Below are positions 28,170-38,639 of a stretch of DNA of 64,000 nucleotides, piece after piece. Numbering within the stretch: position 1 is the first letter of the stretch; each line of letters starts with the position of its first letter. The stretch spans positions 1-64,000 of the forward strand of contig CAXXOA010000003.1 in assembly GCA_963666275.2 (NCBI GenBank), read 5' to 3'. The notes under the pieces were generated by a model that worked only from the letters and a program-made list of their open reading frames with translations, was not told the origin of the DNA and searched no databases. Source of the DNA: Oceanispirochaeta sp. (GTDB lineage: Bacteria > Spirochaetota > Spirochaetia > DSM-2461). Both the position numbers and the translations under genes were made by a program.

Positions 28170-29384
28170 TTATTTCAGATTTTTGAATTCCCAATCCGCC
28201 GCCATTGTGACGGATTTGCCGTTATATCCTGTCAGGATCAGACCGCCATCGGTCCCTTCCACCGATTTGACTCCTCCGTCCAGGGCGTCTCCTTCATAGG
28301 GCTGGAACAGGGTGGCATAGTACTGGGTTTTGGTCATTCCCGGCTCCAGATTCTGGAATGTGGGGTTTCCCATCAGTTCCGGATGCTCCAGGGCCTGTTC
28401 CAGGCCGTTTGCGAAGTATCCGGTGGCATTTTCCGCTCCCAGACAGAATGTCTGATCGCTCTGGCCGTCCTGAACCGCCCAGGGCTGATAGTTCCTTCCT
28501 CCGTAGTTGAGCCAGAGGTCATAGAAATAGAGTCCGATCTCATCATCCGCCAGAGCGGAGGGTCCAGTGAAAAATGACAGGTATACAAGCCTGAGCCGGG
28601 GATTCACAATGGTGCTCCATCCCAGAGTGCTGTCCAGAGGAACAGCGCCTGTAATAAAATCCGCATACCCCGTGACCCCTCTCACCTGGCGCATATCTTT
28701 GAATCCCCCCCTGCGGAGAGGCATTTTCTCAAGAGTCTCCGACTCCTCTCCGAATGCCAGTTCTCCCGTAGGATCAAACTCGCCTCCCTCCGGGGGGATG
28801 GCATAGGACCGGGCGCTGTTGTCGATAAGGCATCCGCTTTCCAGGAATGGGGAACCTGTTGTATTGTGCCATCCAAAGTTAAAGGGTTCTTCCCGGTTCC
28901 CTGTGTTTGTCACGTCTACCCGGGTGTAATGCACATTATGCCCCTGCAGGAGCATGTCGGTTTTTTTATAGGAAAAGGGATGGCCTTCGGACTTGAGAGT
29001 GCTCACCACTGAGACTCCCTTTTCCAGAGTTTCAGGCTCCTCCTGCTGCCAGGTTTCATAGGCTGTGAATCCGTGGGGAGGCATGCTGTATCCGCCGGCT
29101 TTGTTGTCCGGGCCGAAGTTGGGGACACAGGGGAAATTCCCTGCTAAATCGTAAAGAAGGGGCACTTTCCAGAAACTGCTGTGTTTTGCCTCATCCCATT
29201 TCTCTCCGCTGTTGGCTCTGAACCAGGGCTGCCAGTGGGCATTGATCCAGCCGTCGCCGGACTTGGCGCTCAATTCGGGAGTCATTCCTTTTTCCGCATC
29301 TATCATGACTCTGAATGTATCCTGTTTCAGCAGCACTGCATCTCTGTTTCCGGCACCTTTTAACTTGGCTCCTTCCATATTCAC
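28170..29384 (-). CDS. Galactose-mutarotase-like hypothetical protein
   Basis: FPCVPNFG..PPHG, FGWHNT, CLGAEN resemble aldose-epimerase motifs. Confidence 0.55.
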   Translation of the reverse strand: MNMEGAKLKGAGNRDAVLLKQDTFRVMIDAEKGMTPELSAKSGDGWINAHWQPWFRANSGEKWDEAKHSSFWKVPLLYDLAGNFPCVPNFGPDNKAGGYSMPPHGFTAYETWQQEEPETLEKGVSVVSTLKSEGHPFSYKKTDMLLQGHNVHYTRVDVTNTGNREEPFNFGWHNTTGSPFLESGCLIDNSARSYAIPPEGGEFDPTGELAFGEESETLEKMPLRRGGFKDMRQVRGVTGYADFITGAVPLDSTLGWSTIVNPRLRLVYLSFFTGPSALADDEIGLYFYDLWLNYGGRNYQPWAVQDGQSDQTFCLGAENATGYFANGLEQALEHPELMGNPTFQNLEPGMTKTQYYATLFQPYEGDALDGGVKSVEGTDGGLILTGYNGKSVTMAADWEFKNLK

Positions 29385-29389
29385 TCTCC

Positions 29390-30397
29390 TTATGTATTTT
29401 CCAGGGGCAGATCCAGAACTATCTGGGTCTCTTCCACCTCTTTGTGGTTTTCTATTATATCAAGCAGCAGGGATGCGCCCTGTTTTCCCATTTCATAGTG
29501 GGGTTGCGGGATGGAAGCCATTCCGCTGGAAAATCCTCTGGGATCGCTGCCGAAACGGATGATTCTGTACTCTCTGTTCTGACTCAGACCCATGGATGCT
29601 AGTATTTCATTTACCCTCAAAGATAAACCCGTGGTTGTCACAAATATTCCGATAGGCGAATCTTCAGAGGGGATAATACGGGATATGTGGGCTTCCAGAG
29701 CGTCTTTCAGGTCGGAGGAACCGGGATTCTGTTCTTTCAGGAGTATCTCCTCAGCCTGAGGCAGGATATCGGAAAATCCCCTGAGTCTGTCTTTTATAGA
29801 GGACGCTGTCAGATCCAGAGATACGCTCAGGTAGGAAGCCGAACCCGCATTCCGCAGATATCCTGCAGCAGTTTTTCCGCCTTCATAATCATTCTGAACA
29901 ATAGAGGATCCTGTCCAGAAGTCAGGAACTCTATCGAGCATAATGATATTCCGGCTTCCTTCCATCAGGCTTTTCAAATGGGTCCGATCTTCCTTTTCAC
30001 CTGCATAATGGCAGGTTGGTATAAGAAGGATACCATCAGTTCCTCTATGAAGGAGGTTTTCCAGATTTTTTTTTTCGTTCCTGAGGCGGAACCGGCTTGT
30101 CATCAGGAGCATTGTATAGTCCCGGGGTGCCAGGACATCCTCAATACCCCGGACCATCTCTACCATGAACGCTTCAAAAAGGTCGGGAAAGACAATTCCG
30201 ATGGTCTGGGTTCTGTTCCGGTTCAGAGCCTGGGCAAAATAGTTGGGTCGGTAATTTTCCTGCTCCACAAGCTGAAGGATTTTATGCTGGGTTTCTCTGC
30301 TGATCCTGTACTGATCGCCTTTTCCTTTGAGAACCAGAGATATGGTTGTGCGGGAGATTCCGAGGACGTCTGCCAGTTCCTTCATAGTTTTCTTCAT
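29390..30397 (-). CDS. LacI-family regulator
   Basis: TMKELADVLGISRTTISLVL; YRPNYFAQAL. Confidence 0.92.
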   Translation of the reverse strand: MKKTMKELADVLGISRTTISLVLKGKGDQYRISRETQHKILQLVEQENYRPNYFAQALNRNRTQTIGIVFPDLFEAFMVEMVRGIEDVLAPRDYTMLLMTSRFRLRNEKKNLENLLHRGTDGILLIPTCHYAGEKEDRTHLKSLMEGSRNIIMLDRVPDFWTGSSIVQNDYEGGKTAAGYLRNAGSASYLSVSLDLTASSIKDRLRGFSDILPQAEEILLKEQNPGSSDLKDALEAHISRIIPSEDSPIGIFVTTTGLSLRVNEILASMGLSQNREYRIIRFGSDPRGFSSGMASIPQPHYEMGKQGASLLLDIIENHKEVEETQIVLDLPLENT

Positions 30398-30441
30398 GGT
30401 TTCATTAATTTAAACCTTGCGCGTTTCTAAATCAAGGTGTA

Positions 30442-30557
30442 GGATGCTAACATAGGTAAGCATCCCGTATATTCGACTAAAAATTACTTTTATCCGGTCA
30501 GTATGAAAATGAAATCTGATTCGGATAGTGCATTTTGGCATGCTAACCCAGGTTAGT
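30442..30557. promoter_or_regulatory. Two candidate LacI operators in the divergent spacer
   Basis: GGATGCTAACATAGGTAAGCATCC (30442-30465) and ATGCTAACCCAGGTTAGT (30540-30557). Confidence 0.55.
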
Positions 30558-30584
30558 CTTGAAGATAGTGAAAGGAGAGCGAAA

Positions 30585-31271
30585 ATGAAAAGAAGTGAAA
30601 TCAATACTGTTATGAGAGATGCCAGGGATCTGATGCACCATTATAACTGGTCCCTTCCCTTATGGGCGGACTGGACTCTGGAAGACTGGAAAAAGAATAA
30701 AGGGATCTGCGGCCGTCTGTTTGAGCACAAACTGGGATGGGACATCACCGATTTCGGTTCGGGAGAGTTTCTTAAAAGAGGGCTCTTCCTCTTTACCCTG
30801 CGAAACGGCAGCCCCGACGGCAGCGGGCGGTCCTATGCGGAAAAAATCATGGTTGTCGGAGAAGACCAGGAAACGCCTCTTCACTTTCACTGGAACAAGA
30901 TGGAAGACATTATCAATCGGGGAGGGGGCACCCTCTTATTCAATATTTACGGATCCACCGAATCGGGAGAGCTCTCCGAACAGGACCTTACCATTTATAT
31001 AGATGACCTGGCCTACCGGATAAAAGGGGGGGAGCAGGTCGGACTGAAACCCGGGCAGAGTCTGACTCTTGAACCCTATGTGTATCACCGTTTTTACGGC
31101 GCTTCCGGCGAGGGTAAGGTTCTGGTGGGAGAGGTCAGCAAGGTGAATGATGATTCGGAGGACAATCGGTTTTACGAGCCCATCGGCCGGTTTCCCACAG
31201 TAGACGAGGATGAGCCGCCCCTGCACTATCTCTGCAGCGACTATAACTCTCTCAGGGAGGAGCTGGCATGA
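30585..31271 (+). CDS. D-lyxose/D-mannose family sugar isomerase (cupin)
   Basis: MKRSEIN, GWDITDFG, YAEKIM, PLHFHWNKMEDIINRGGG, GEVSKVNDD..DNRF. Confidence 0.9.
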   Translation: MKRSEINTVMRDARDLMHHYNWSLPLWADWTLEDWKKNKGICGRLFEHKLGWDITDFGSGEFLKRGLFLFTLRNGSPDGSGRSYAEKIMVVGEDQETPLHFHWNKMEDIINRGGGTLLFNIYGSTESGELSEQDLTIYIDDLAYRIKGGEQVGLKPGQSLTLEPYVYHRFYGASGEGKVLVGEVSKVNDDSEDNRFYEPIGRFPTVDEDEPPLHYLCSDYNSLREELA

Positions 31272-32467
31272 TAAAGAGGATTTCCGGCGCAGGCTGCTGT
31301 CTGCTGGATTATCTTTATACGGACAGTGATTTCTCTGCGCCTGCTTTCCGTTCGTATCTCTCAAAAGAACCCGGTGACGGAGGACTGGTTCCGGGACAGC
31401 TTGTCTTTTCTTCTGGCCTGACGGCCTTTTCAGGCAGGTCGGAAGGTGCCTGTCTGAAGGATTTGACAGGCGGCAGGGCTCCCGATACGGCCAATATGGG
31501 AGGGCCCGGCGTGGTTCCCATGGTTCATGCCTCCCAGGTGCTCCGAGAGACAGAGTGGGAGGTCGCATTTACCGGCCCTCTGGGGAACGATGGAGTTGCC
31601 CGGGAGCTGAGTGATCACCTGAGCCGGTATCCTGTGGACTTTTCGGAAATCCCCATGGAGGGCTCTGCTCCAACCACCATCGTTTTATCGGACCCCCGCT
31701 ATCATCAGGGGGCAGGGGAGAGGACGTTTATCAACCGACTGGGTGTGGCCGACCGGTTTGACGGTTCCGGCCTGGATGAGGAGTTCTTCCGGGCCTCTAT
31801 TTTTCTCTGGGGCGGGACAGGCCTTGTGCCTCCCATGCATGCCAATCTTACCTCTCTCGTTAAGAAGGGAAGAGCTGCGGGCGGTCTGAATGTGGTGGGA
31901 ACGGTGTATGATTTCCTGAATGAATCGAGGGATCCCCATGGGCCCTGGCCTTTGGGAGACCCTGATGAACCGGCCTATCCCTGGATCGATCTGCTGATCA
32001 TGGATCTGGAAGAGGCTAAAAGGCTCTCGGGAACCCGGTCCCTGAAAGGGGCTTCAGACTTTATGAAGCAGTCGGGCTGCGGAAGCTTTATCATCACCTG
32101 TGGTGCCGGACCTCTATGCCTGTATGCGGGAGATAAAGGGCCCTTCCGGAAGCAGGAGGAAGTTTATCTGCCGGTAAGCCCCCTTGTGGATGAAGACCTG
32201 AAAGCTCATCCGGAGAAACGGGGTGACACCACAGGCTGCGGAGACAACTTTGTGGGAGGGGTGATTGTTTCCCTGGCCCGGCAGCTTGAAGCCGGAACGT
32301 CTCTGGATCTAGTGCATGCGGCTGTGGAGGGGATCTGCAGCGGAGGTCTGGCTCTCTACTCCAGAGGGGGCTGCCGGGTCGAGGCTTACCGGGGGGAACG
32401 GGAGGCCCTTCTGGCTCCTATCCGGGAAGACTATTTGTTCCGTACCCTTCAGGAGGTTCTCGCATGA
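31268..32467 (+). CDS. PfkB-family carbohydrate kinase
   Basis: DTTGCGDNFVGG. Confidence 0.88.
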   Translation: MIKRISGAGCCLLDYLYTDSDFSAPAFRSYLSKEPGDGGLVPGQLVFSSGLTAFSGRSEGACLKDLTGGRAPDTANMGGPGVVPMVHASQVLRETEWEVAFTGPLGNDGVARELSDHLSRYPVDFSEIPMEGSAPTTIVLSDPRYHQGAGERTFINRLGVADRFDGSGLDEEFFRASIFLWGGTGLVPPMHANLTSLVKKGRAAGGLNVVGTVYDFLNESRDPHGPWPLGDPDEPAYPWIDLLIMDLEEAKRLSGTRSLKGASDFMKQSGCGSFIITCGAGPLCLYAGDKGPFRKQEEVYLPVSPLVDEDLKAHPEKRGDTTGCGDNFVGGVIVSLARQLEAGTSLDLVHAAVEGICSGGLALYSRGGCRVEAYRGEREALLAPIREDYLFRTLQEVLA

Positions 32468-33603
32468 AAAAGGCAGTGGTTTTCGGTGGAGGGAATATAG
32501 GCAGATCCTTTCTGGTCCCGGTCCTTCAGGAGGCAGGTTATAAAGTGACCATTGCCGACATTGATGAAGGGCTTATAACACTCCTCAATCAGAAGGGATC
32601 CTATCCTCTTCATATCCTCTCCCGGGAACAGGAAACAGTTCAAATCATTCGGGATTTTGATGCTGTCAGTCTGAACGGGAAAGGCCGGATTCTGGAGTGT
32701 CTGGAGCAGGCAGATCTGGTGAGCACTTCGGTGGGAAGGAAAGGTCTTCCCGGAGTCTGCCGGATTCTGGCGGAAGCCGCTGTCCAAAGAGCCGGTAAAG
32801 GAAAAGCTCCCCTTGATGTCATTCTTGCGGAAAATATCCGTCAGGGAGCGGAACTCTGCCGCAACTCTATCCGGCCTTTGCTGCCCCATGGATTTCCTCT
32901 GGAGTCCCATCTGGGTTTCGTGGAAACCAGCATTGGGAAAATGGTCCCCCTAATGAGTCCCTCCGAGAAAGCAGAGAATCCTCTGAAGCTTAAGGCAGAA
33001 CCCTACAATACTCTTATACTGGACAAGGCGGGTTTTCTGAACACTCCTCCCGAAGGGAAAAGCATCAAACTTGTGTACCCTATTGCCCCCTGGGTGGACC
33101 GGAAGCTTTTTATTCATAATCTGGGGCATGCCGCAGCGGCCTATCTGGGAAGGGCGAAATATCCCGAGATGCAGTATATATGGGAAGTTATGGAGGATGA
33201 GGAGTTGAAAGAGGCTGTCCGGGAGGCCATGACTCAAAGTGCGGAAGCCCTGGTAAAGGAGTACTCCCGGGTCTTCTCCCGGGAAGATCTTTTTGAGCAT
33301 ATCGAAGATCTTCTGTACCGTTTTTCCAACCGGGCTCTGGGTGATACAATCCAGAGGGTGGGACGGGATCTGCCCCGGAAGCTTTCCTTTTCGGACCGGA
33401 TCGTCGGAGCCATGAATCTGGCTATCTCCCACTGTCTTCCTTATGACCGGATTTTCCAGGTCTACAAAGGGGCTCTACAGTTCGGACTCTCTCCGGATGC
33501 GGATCCGGCGGATGCTGCGGTCTGCCGGATCGCCCGGGATCTGGATATTACCTTGCTTATGCAGATGCTCAGTGTAAACGGTCTTAACAGAACAGGTATA
33601 TGA
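32464..33603 (+). CDS. mtlD: Mannitol-1-phosphate 5-dehydrogenase-like protein
   Basis: FGGGNIGRSF, RKLFIHNLGHA, RVGRDLPRKL. Confidence 0.8.
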   Translation: MKKAVVFGGGNIGRSFLVPVLQEAGYKVTIADIDEGLITLLNQKGSYPLHILSREQETVQIIRDFDAVSLNGKGRILECLEQADLVSTSVGRKGLPGVCRILAEAAVQRAGKGKAPLDVILAENIRQGAELCRNSIRPLLPHGFPLESHLGFVETSIGKMVPLMSPSEKAENPLKLKAEPYNTLILDKAGFLNTPPEGKSIKLVYPIAPWVDRKLFIHNLGHAAAAYLGRAKYPEMQYIWEVMEDEELKEAVREAMTQSAEALVKEYSRVFSREDLFEHIEDLLYRFSNRALGDTIQRVGRDLPRKLSFSDRIVGAMNLAISHCLPYDRIFQVYKGALQFGLSPDADPADAAVCRIARDLDITLLMQMLSVNGLNRTGI

Positions 33604-33628
33604 TACCCCTGTTCCGTTTTCCAGGGAT

Positions 33629-34588
33629 CTACTTCACCGAAGCCTTATAAATCCTGTCCATCACAGCCCGTCCCAATCCTTCGGTGGGAACCTTTTCGGC
33701 ATAGAGGACTTCCGTTCTGTCATCCCCATCCAGACGGTGCAGAGCCAGGAAGAGATTGGCGGCGGCCTCCACGGGATCTCCTTCGGGAGAGAGAGTTTCC
33801 ACCGCGGAAAACCCTCTGGTGTCGGGTCCCGATTTAAAAAGGAGGACTCCCGCTTTGTCACGGATCATCACATCCTCCGCTTTTTCCACAATATGCAGAG
33901 GTTTCCGGGGAGAGTAGTGCATTTCCAGCTGTCCCGGAGCTGTGGGGGATGTGGTTGTTCTGTTGAACAGCTCTACCTCTCCCAGATATTTTTGGATCTC
34001 TTCAATCGCAAGGCCTCCGGGTCTGAGAACCAGAGGAATCTCTTTCGTCAGATCCAATACTGTGGATTCTACACCTACCCGGCAGGAGCCGCCGTCCAGA
34101 ACCATATCGATTCTTTCGCCCAGAGACGCTTCCACGTGCTCCGCTGTGGTGGGGCTGAGAAAGCCGAAGGGATTGGCGCTGGGGGCGGCAATGGCTCCCG
34201 TGGAATGACGGATGAGCTCCAGAGCGATGGGATGATCGGGCATCCTGACTGCCATGGTGGGCAGGCCCGATGTGATCAGATCGGGGATGATCTCCTTCCG
34301 GGGCAGGATAACAGTCAAGGAGCCGGGCCAGAAGTGGTGGAGGATCTCATAGATTTTCTCATCCCGGACCTGAGCCACCCTGTCCAGAGTTTCCCAGTCG
34401 GCAATGTGAGTTATAAGAGGGTCGAAGGTCGGTCTGTTCTTGGCTTCAAAAATCCTGGCTACCGAACGGGGATCCAGGGCATTGCCCCCCAGACCGTAAA
34501 CCGTTTCGGTAGGAAATGCCACCAGACCGCCTCGGGACAGAATTTCCGCCCCTTTGAGAATATTTTCCTGTGTTCCTGGAACTATCAT
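33629..34588 (-). CDS. sua5: L-threonylcarbamoyladenylate synthase Sua5
   Basis: VAFPTETVYGLG, AAPSAN, GVESTV, APGQLEMHYSP. Confidence 0.95.
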   Translation of the reverse strand: MIVPGTQENILKGAEILSRGGLVAFPTETVYGLGGNALDPRSVARIFEAKNRPTFDPLITHIADWETLDRVAQVRDEKIYEILHHFWPGSLTVILPRKEIIPDLITSGLPTMAVRMPDHPIALELIRHSTGAIAAPSANPFGFLSPTTAEHVEASLGERIDMVLDGGSCRVGVESTVLDLTKEIPLVLRPGGLAIEEIQKYLGEVELFNRTTTSPTAPGQLEMHYSPRKPLHIVEKAEDVMIRDKAGVLLFKSGPDTRGFSAVETLSPEGDPVEAAANLFLALHRLDGDDRTEVLYAEKVPTEGLGRAVMDRIYKASVK

Positions 34589-34953
34589 CTTGATTGTACC
34601 TTTATTGCCCCGGGAGCCTTGATTTTTGTTGTACAGGCTTCCCTTGTCGTATTCCGGATAATCTCTCTATCCTCGTCTATCCGGGAGAAATCTCCCTCCC
34701 GGTCCTGCAGAATCCGGTCCAGCAGATTTTCTGTATCCGCCTTCAGCCGGTATTCCACCCAGCGTCCGTCTTTGACCCGGTTTATAAGCCCGGCATTTTT
34801 GAGAATTTTCAAATGACTTGAAAGAGTGCCTCCGGCTATATCCAGTACTTCCAGAAGTTCACAGACACACAGAGGGCGTATCTTCAGCATCATGACTATT
34901 CGGAAGCGGTTGGGATCCCCCAGGGCTTTCATTTGATTGATCAGAATCTGCAT
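34585..34953 (-). CDS. ArsR/SmtB regulator
   Basis: KALGDPNRFRI, LCVCEL, SHLKILKNAGL. Confidence 0.92.
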   Translation of the reverse strand: MQILINQMKALGDPNRFRIVMMLKIRPLCVCELLEVLDIAGGTLSSHLKILKNAGLINRVKDGRWVEYRLKADTENLLDRILQDREGDFSRIDEDREIIRNTTREACTTKIKAPGAIKVQSR

Positions 34954-35032
34954 GCCTTAAAATAGCAGATCACCCTTGATAATTCAATTGCAAATTTGTA
35001 TATTTAGCTAAACATCGAAATGTGGAGGATCT

Positions 35033-36001
35033 ATGCTTAAAATCTTTACTATCCTGGCCGACTGGCTTGTCTATTCGCTTATCGGGCTGGACCGGTCCAG
35101 CAGGTTTGCCGGATCGCTTCACTTTTTTATCGAAGATGTCACAAAAATCTATGTCCTTCTTGTGGTTATGATCTACCTGATCGCCCTGGTCCGGGCGGGA
35201 GTGGATACCGAGCGGGTCAGACACTTCCTGATGGGCAAAACCAGAGCCGCCGGATACGGGCTGGCCTCTCTGTTCGGTGCGGTTACCCCGTTCTGCTCCT
35301 GTTCCAGTATTCCCCTTTTTCTGGGATTCACTTCCGCCCGGATCCCTCTGGGAATCACCATGGCTTTTCTTATCACCTCCCCCATGATCAATGAAGTGGC
35401 TGTGGTCCTTCTGGGGTCCATACTGGGCATCCGTTTTATGGTCCTCTATGTTATTACAGGGATGATTGCGGGAATCCTGGGGGGATTCTTCATCGATCTT
35501 ATCAAGGCTGAACGGTATCTGACCCCAATAGGGCAGCAGGCCGCGGGGATGGACTTGGAAGACGATTATACGAAATCCCGGCTGAATCTGAAAAACCGTC
35601 ACGACTTTGCCCGTTCCGAGCTGAAGGACATTTTCTCCCGGGTGTGGAAATGGGTCCTTATCGGAGTGGGGCTGGGAGCGGCTCTCCATGGTTTCGTTCC
35701 GGAAGAGCTGATTACAGGGGCTCTGGGCGACGGTCAGTGGTGGAGCGTTCCCGCGGCGGTTATTCTGGGGATTCCCCTGTATGCCAACGCCAGCGGCATC
35801 ATTCCTGTCGCCGAAAGCCTCCTGGCCAAAGGGCTTCCCGTAGGGACAGCCATGGCTTTTATGATGAGCGTGGTGGCCGCCAGCTTTCCCGAGTTCATGA
35901 TGCTCAAACAGGTGATGAAACCCCGGCTGCTTGTGATCTTTTTTCTGCTGCTTCTCTTCTTTTTCACCATCGCCGGATGGATATTTAACCTGGTTTTTTA
36001 G
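35033..36001 (+). CDS. ArsP/DUF318 permease
   Basis: TPFCSCSSIPLF; divergent from ArsR. Confidence 0.88.
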   Translation: MLKIFTILADWLVYSLIGLDRSSRFAGSLHFFIEDVTKIYVLLVVMIYLIALVRAGVDTERVRHFLMGKTRAAGYGLASLFGAVTPFCSCSSIPLFLGFTSARIPLGITMAFLITSPMINEVAVVLLGSILGIRFMVLYVITGMIAGILGGFFIDLIKAERYLTPIGQQAAGMDLEDDYTKSRLNLKNRHDFARSELKDIFSRVWKWVLIGVGLGAALHGFVPEELITGALGDGQWWSVPAAVILGIPLYANASGIIPVAESLLAKGLPVGTAMAFMMSVVAASFPEFMMLKQVMKPRLLVIFFLLLLFFFTIAGWIFNLVF

Positions 36002-36084
36002 CGAATCCCACTGGATTGTAAAAAATAAACCTCACTTTTAAAAAGTCGTATTAAGATGAATAAAGATCGACAGGAGGGAGGTTT

Positions 36085-37788
36085 ATGCAGAAAACATTAC
36101 TGGCCGGAGTGGATTTCGGAACCGATTCGGTTCGGGTCCTTCTTTGTGATTCCCCCAGCGGAGAGGAAATCTCCTCGGCTGTTTCATCCTATCCCCGGTG
36201 GAAACGGAAGCTCTATTGTGATCCAGGGGAAAGCCGGTACAGACAGCATGCTCTGGACTATCTGGAGTCTTTCACCGAGGCATTCCGAACCGCCCTGGAG
36301 GGAGCACCTTCCGGAGCGGGAGATTGTCTTGCCGCCATTGCGGTGGATACCACAGGCTCCACCCCCTGTCCGGTGGATAGATCCGGAACCCCTCTATGCC
36401 TGCTCGAGAGGTTCCGGGAAAACCCCCATGCCATGTTTCACCTCTGGAAAGACCATACCGCCCTCAGGGAAGCAGAGGAAATCAACAGGGTATTCAGCGG
36501 CGGAGACATAGATTACACCCGGTACCAGGGAGTCTACTCCTCCGAATGGTTCTGGGCGAAGATTCTCCATACAATGCGTTTTTGTCCCGACATAAGGGAG
36601 GCCGCCTATACATGGATAGAGCACAGCGACTGGATCGCGGGCCATCTCCTGGGGCTCTCTTCCGGGGAACGCTTTTTCAGGGGATCCTGTCCGGCCGGTC
36701 ATAAAGCTCTCTGGCACAGCCGTTTCGGCGGTCTGCCCGACAGGAGGCTTCTGGAATCTCTGGACAGTTCTCTGGCCCTTGTTTCCGACAGATACGCCAG
36801 GCCTGTCACTCCGGCGGGAACGCCCCTGGGAAAGATCAGCGCCGCCTGGGCCGAGTCCCTGGGCATCAACAGGGACACTGTTATTACCATGGGCTCCTTC
36901 GATGCCCATGCAGGTGCGGTGGGAGCGGGAATTGCCGAAAGGACCATGGTCAAAGTGATGGGAACGTCTTCTGTGGATCTAGTCATCGAAAAGCCTGAAG
37001 TCCTGGAAGGGAAGGATCTCAGGGAGATCTGCGGTCAGGCGGAGGATTCGATTGTCCCCGGCTACGTGGGGATGGAAATGGGGCAACCCGCTTTCGGCGA
37101 TGCCTACTCCTGGGTCAGGGATCTGGTTCTCTGGCCGCTGAAACATCACAGCTTTCCCCGGGAGATTCTGACTGGGGAGAAAAAAGATGCTCTCACCACC
37201 TATCTGGAAAAAGAGACAATCCGTCTGATGGAAGAAGAGGCCGAGAAGTATCTGCCCCGAAGGGAACTGACAGTGGACTGGTTTAACGGAAGGCGCTATC
37301 CCTCTCTGAACGAGTCGGTCCGTTCCGTATTTACCAATATTTCCCTGGGGACGGAGCTCCCGGCCCTCTACTGTGCTGTGGTGAAGGGCACTGCATTCGG
37401 AAGCCGGAGGATTTTTGAATCCCTGATGGATCAGGGTGTGAGGATTGAAAGGATCATTGCAGTCGGGGGGATAGCTGAAAAGTCCCCTTTTATCCTGCAG
37501 ATGATGGCGGATGTTCTGAAAAAGCCTCTCTATCTCTGCCGGGACTCTCAGGTTTGTGCCCGGGGAGCCGTGATCTATGCAGGGGTCGGATCAGGTGAGT
37601 TCCGGGATATTCAGGATGCCCAGAAACGGTTCTGCCGGCATGACGACAGGCCCTATGTTCCGGATCGGCAGAGGGGCGAACTCTTTGACAGGCAGTACCG
37701 GGATTATCTGAAAGCCGGGGAACTGGGAGAGGCACTCTCCCCTCAGACCCACTGCAGGGAGGAGTCGCAGACAGGGCAGGTCTTGTAA
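36085..37788 (+). CDS. araB: Ribulokinase (FGGY family)
   Basis: GVDFGTDSVR, DTTGST, LWKDHTA, YSSEWFWAK, DWFNGRR. Confidence 0.88.
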   Translation: MQKTLLAGVDFGTDSVRVLLCDSPSGEEISSAVSSYPRWKRKLYCDPGESRYRQHALDYLESFTEAFRTALEGAPSGAGDCLAAIAVDTTGSTPCPVDRSGTPLCLLERFRENPHAMFHLWKDHTALREAEEINRVFSGGDIDYTRYQGVYSSEWFWAKILHTMRFCPDIREAAYTWIEHSDWIAGHLLGLSSGERFFRGSCPAGHKALWHSRFGGLPDRRLLESLDSSLALVSDRYARPVTPAGTPLGKISAAWAESLGINRDTVITMGSFDAHAGAVGAGIAERTMVKVMGTSSVDLVIEKPEVLEGKDLREICGQAEDSIVPGYVGMEMGQPAFGDAYSWVRDLVLWPLKHHSFPREILTGEKKDALTTYLEKETIRLMEEEAEKYLPRRELTVDWFNGRRYPSLNESVRSVFTNISLGTELPALYCAVVKGTAFGSRRIFESLMDQGVRIERIIAVGGIAEKSPFILQMMADVLKKPLYLCRDSQVCARGAVIYAGVGSGEFRDIQDAQKRFCRHDDRPYVPDRQRGELFDRQYRDYLKAGELGEALSPQTHCREESQTGQVL

Positions 37789-37863
37789 GCCGCAGGGAAA
37801 ACATAGATAATTCACTATGAAGACATAGAAGACCAGTCAGATCATAAGGAGGCTCCATTCCTG

Positions 37864-38604
37864 ATGAATAAGAATCAAGAAAAAGCCGATGGAATAAATT
37901 TAAGACCTGTAAAGACTCAGCGGGCCAGTGAAGTCATATACGGACAGATCAGGGAAATGATTACTAATGGTGAATTGAATCCGGGAGACCGACTTCCTTC
38001 GGAAAGGGAGCTTATGGGCAGGCTTCAGAGAAGCCGTCCTGTCATCAGAGAGGCTCTGCGGATGCTGGAACAGGCCGGGTTTATACAGATCATAGCCGGA
38101 GCCAATGGAGCTGTGGTTCAGGAATTGAGTACCCAGTCGGTGGAGCAGCCCCTGGAGTCGATGATCCAGATCAACAAAATCAGTCTTGAGGAGCTGTCGG
38201 AGTACAGAAGTTTTACCGATGGAGAGATTGCCGTGCTTGCGGCTCAGAGAAGAACCGCAGAGGATCTTGTTCTATTGGCTGAAACCCTGGAAAAGGCGGA
38301 AGAGGTTATTGAGAACTATACGGAGTTTATCAAATTCGATACCAAGTTCCATGGCCTTCTGGCAAAAGCCGCCAAAAATGAAGTCGCCTACATCATGACC
38401 AGGGTTTCAAGCCGGGTTATCATCAGGTTCATGGAAAGAAAAATGCAGGATCTTGATCCTGAGAGCAGACTGAATATGTGCCGTAGAATCCTGAAAATGC
38501 ATCAGGAGATCCTGGAGGCAATCAGGAAGAAAAATACAAGAATTGCCCGTAAATCCATGATCTCCCATATCAGCGCCTTTAACAATGACCTGGAGGAGAG
38601 CTGA
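37864..38604 (+). CDS. GntR/FadR regulator
   Basis: PGDRLPSEREL...REALRML + FCD domain. Confidence 0.92.
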   Translation: MNKNQEKADGINLRPVKTQRASEVIYGQIREMITNGELNPGDRLPSERELMGRLQRSRPVIREALRMLEQAGFIQIIAGANGAVVQELSTQSVEQPLESMIQINKISLEELSEYRSFTDGEIAVLAAQRRTAEDLVLLAETLEKAEEVIENYTEFIKFDTKFHGLLAKAAKNEVAYIMTRVSSRVIIRFMERKMQDLDPESRLNMCRRILKMHQEILEAIRKKNTRIARKSMISHISAFNNDLEES

Positions 38605-38639
38605 GTTTCGGGAGGTCTCAGCCTCCCTGTATCAGATCC

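Noticed and set aside
33737..34816. 359-aa plus-strand ORF (likewise 11564-12511, 55528-56472, 58405-59346)
   Set aside because: Antisense to confidently identified genes and lacking any motifs.
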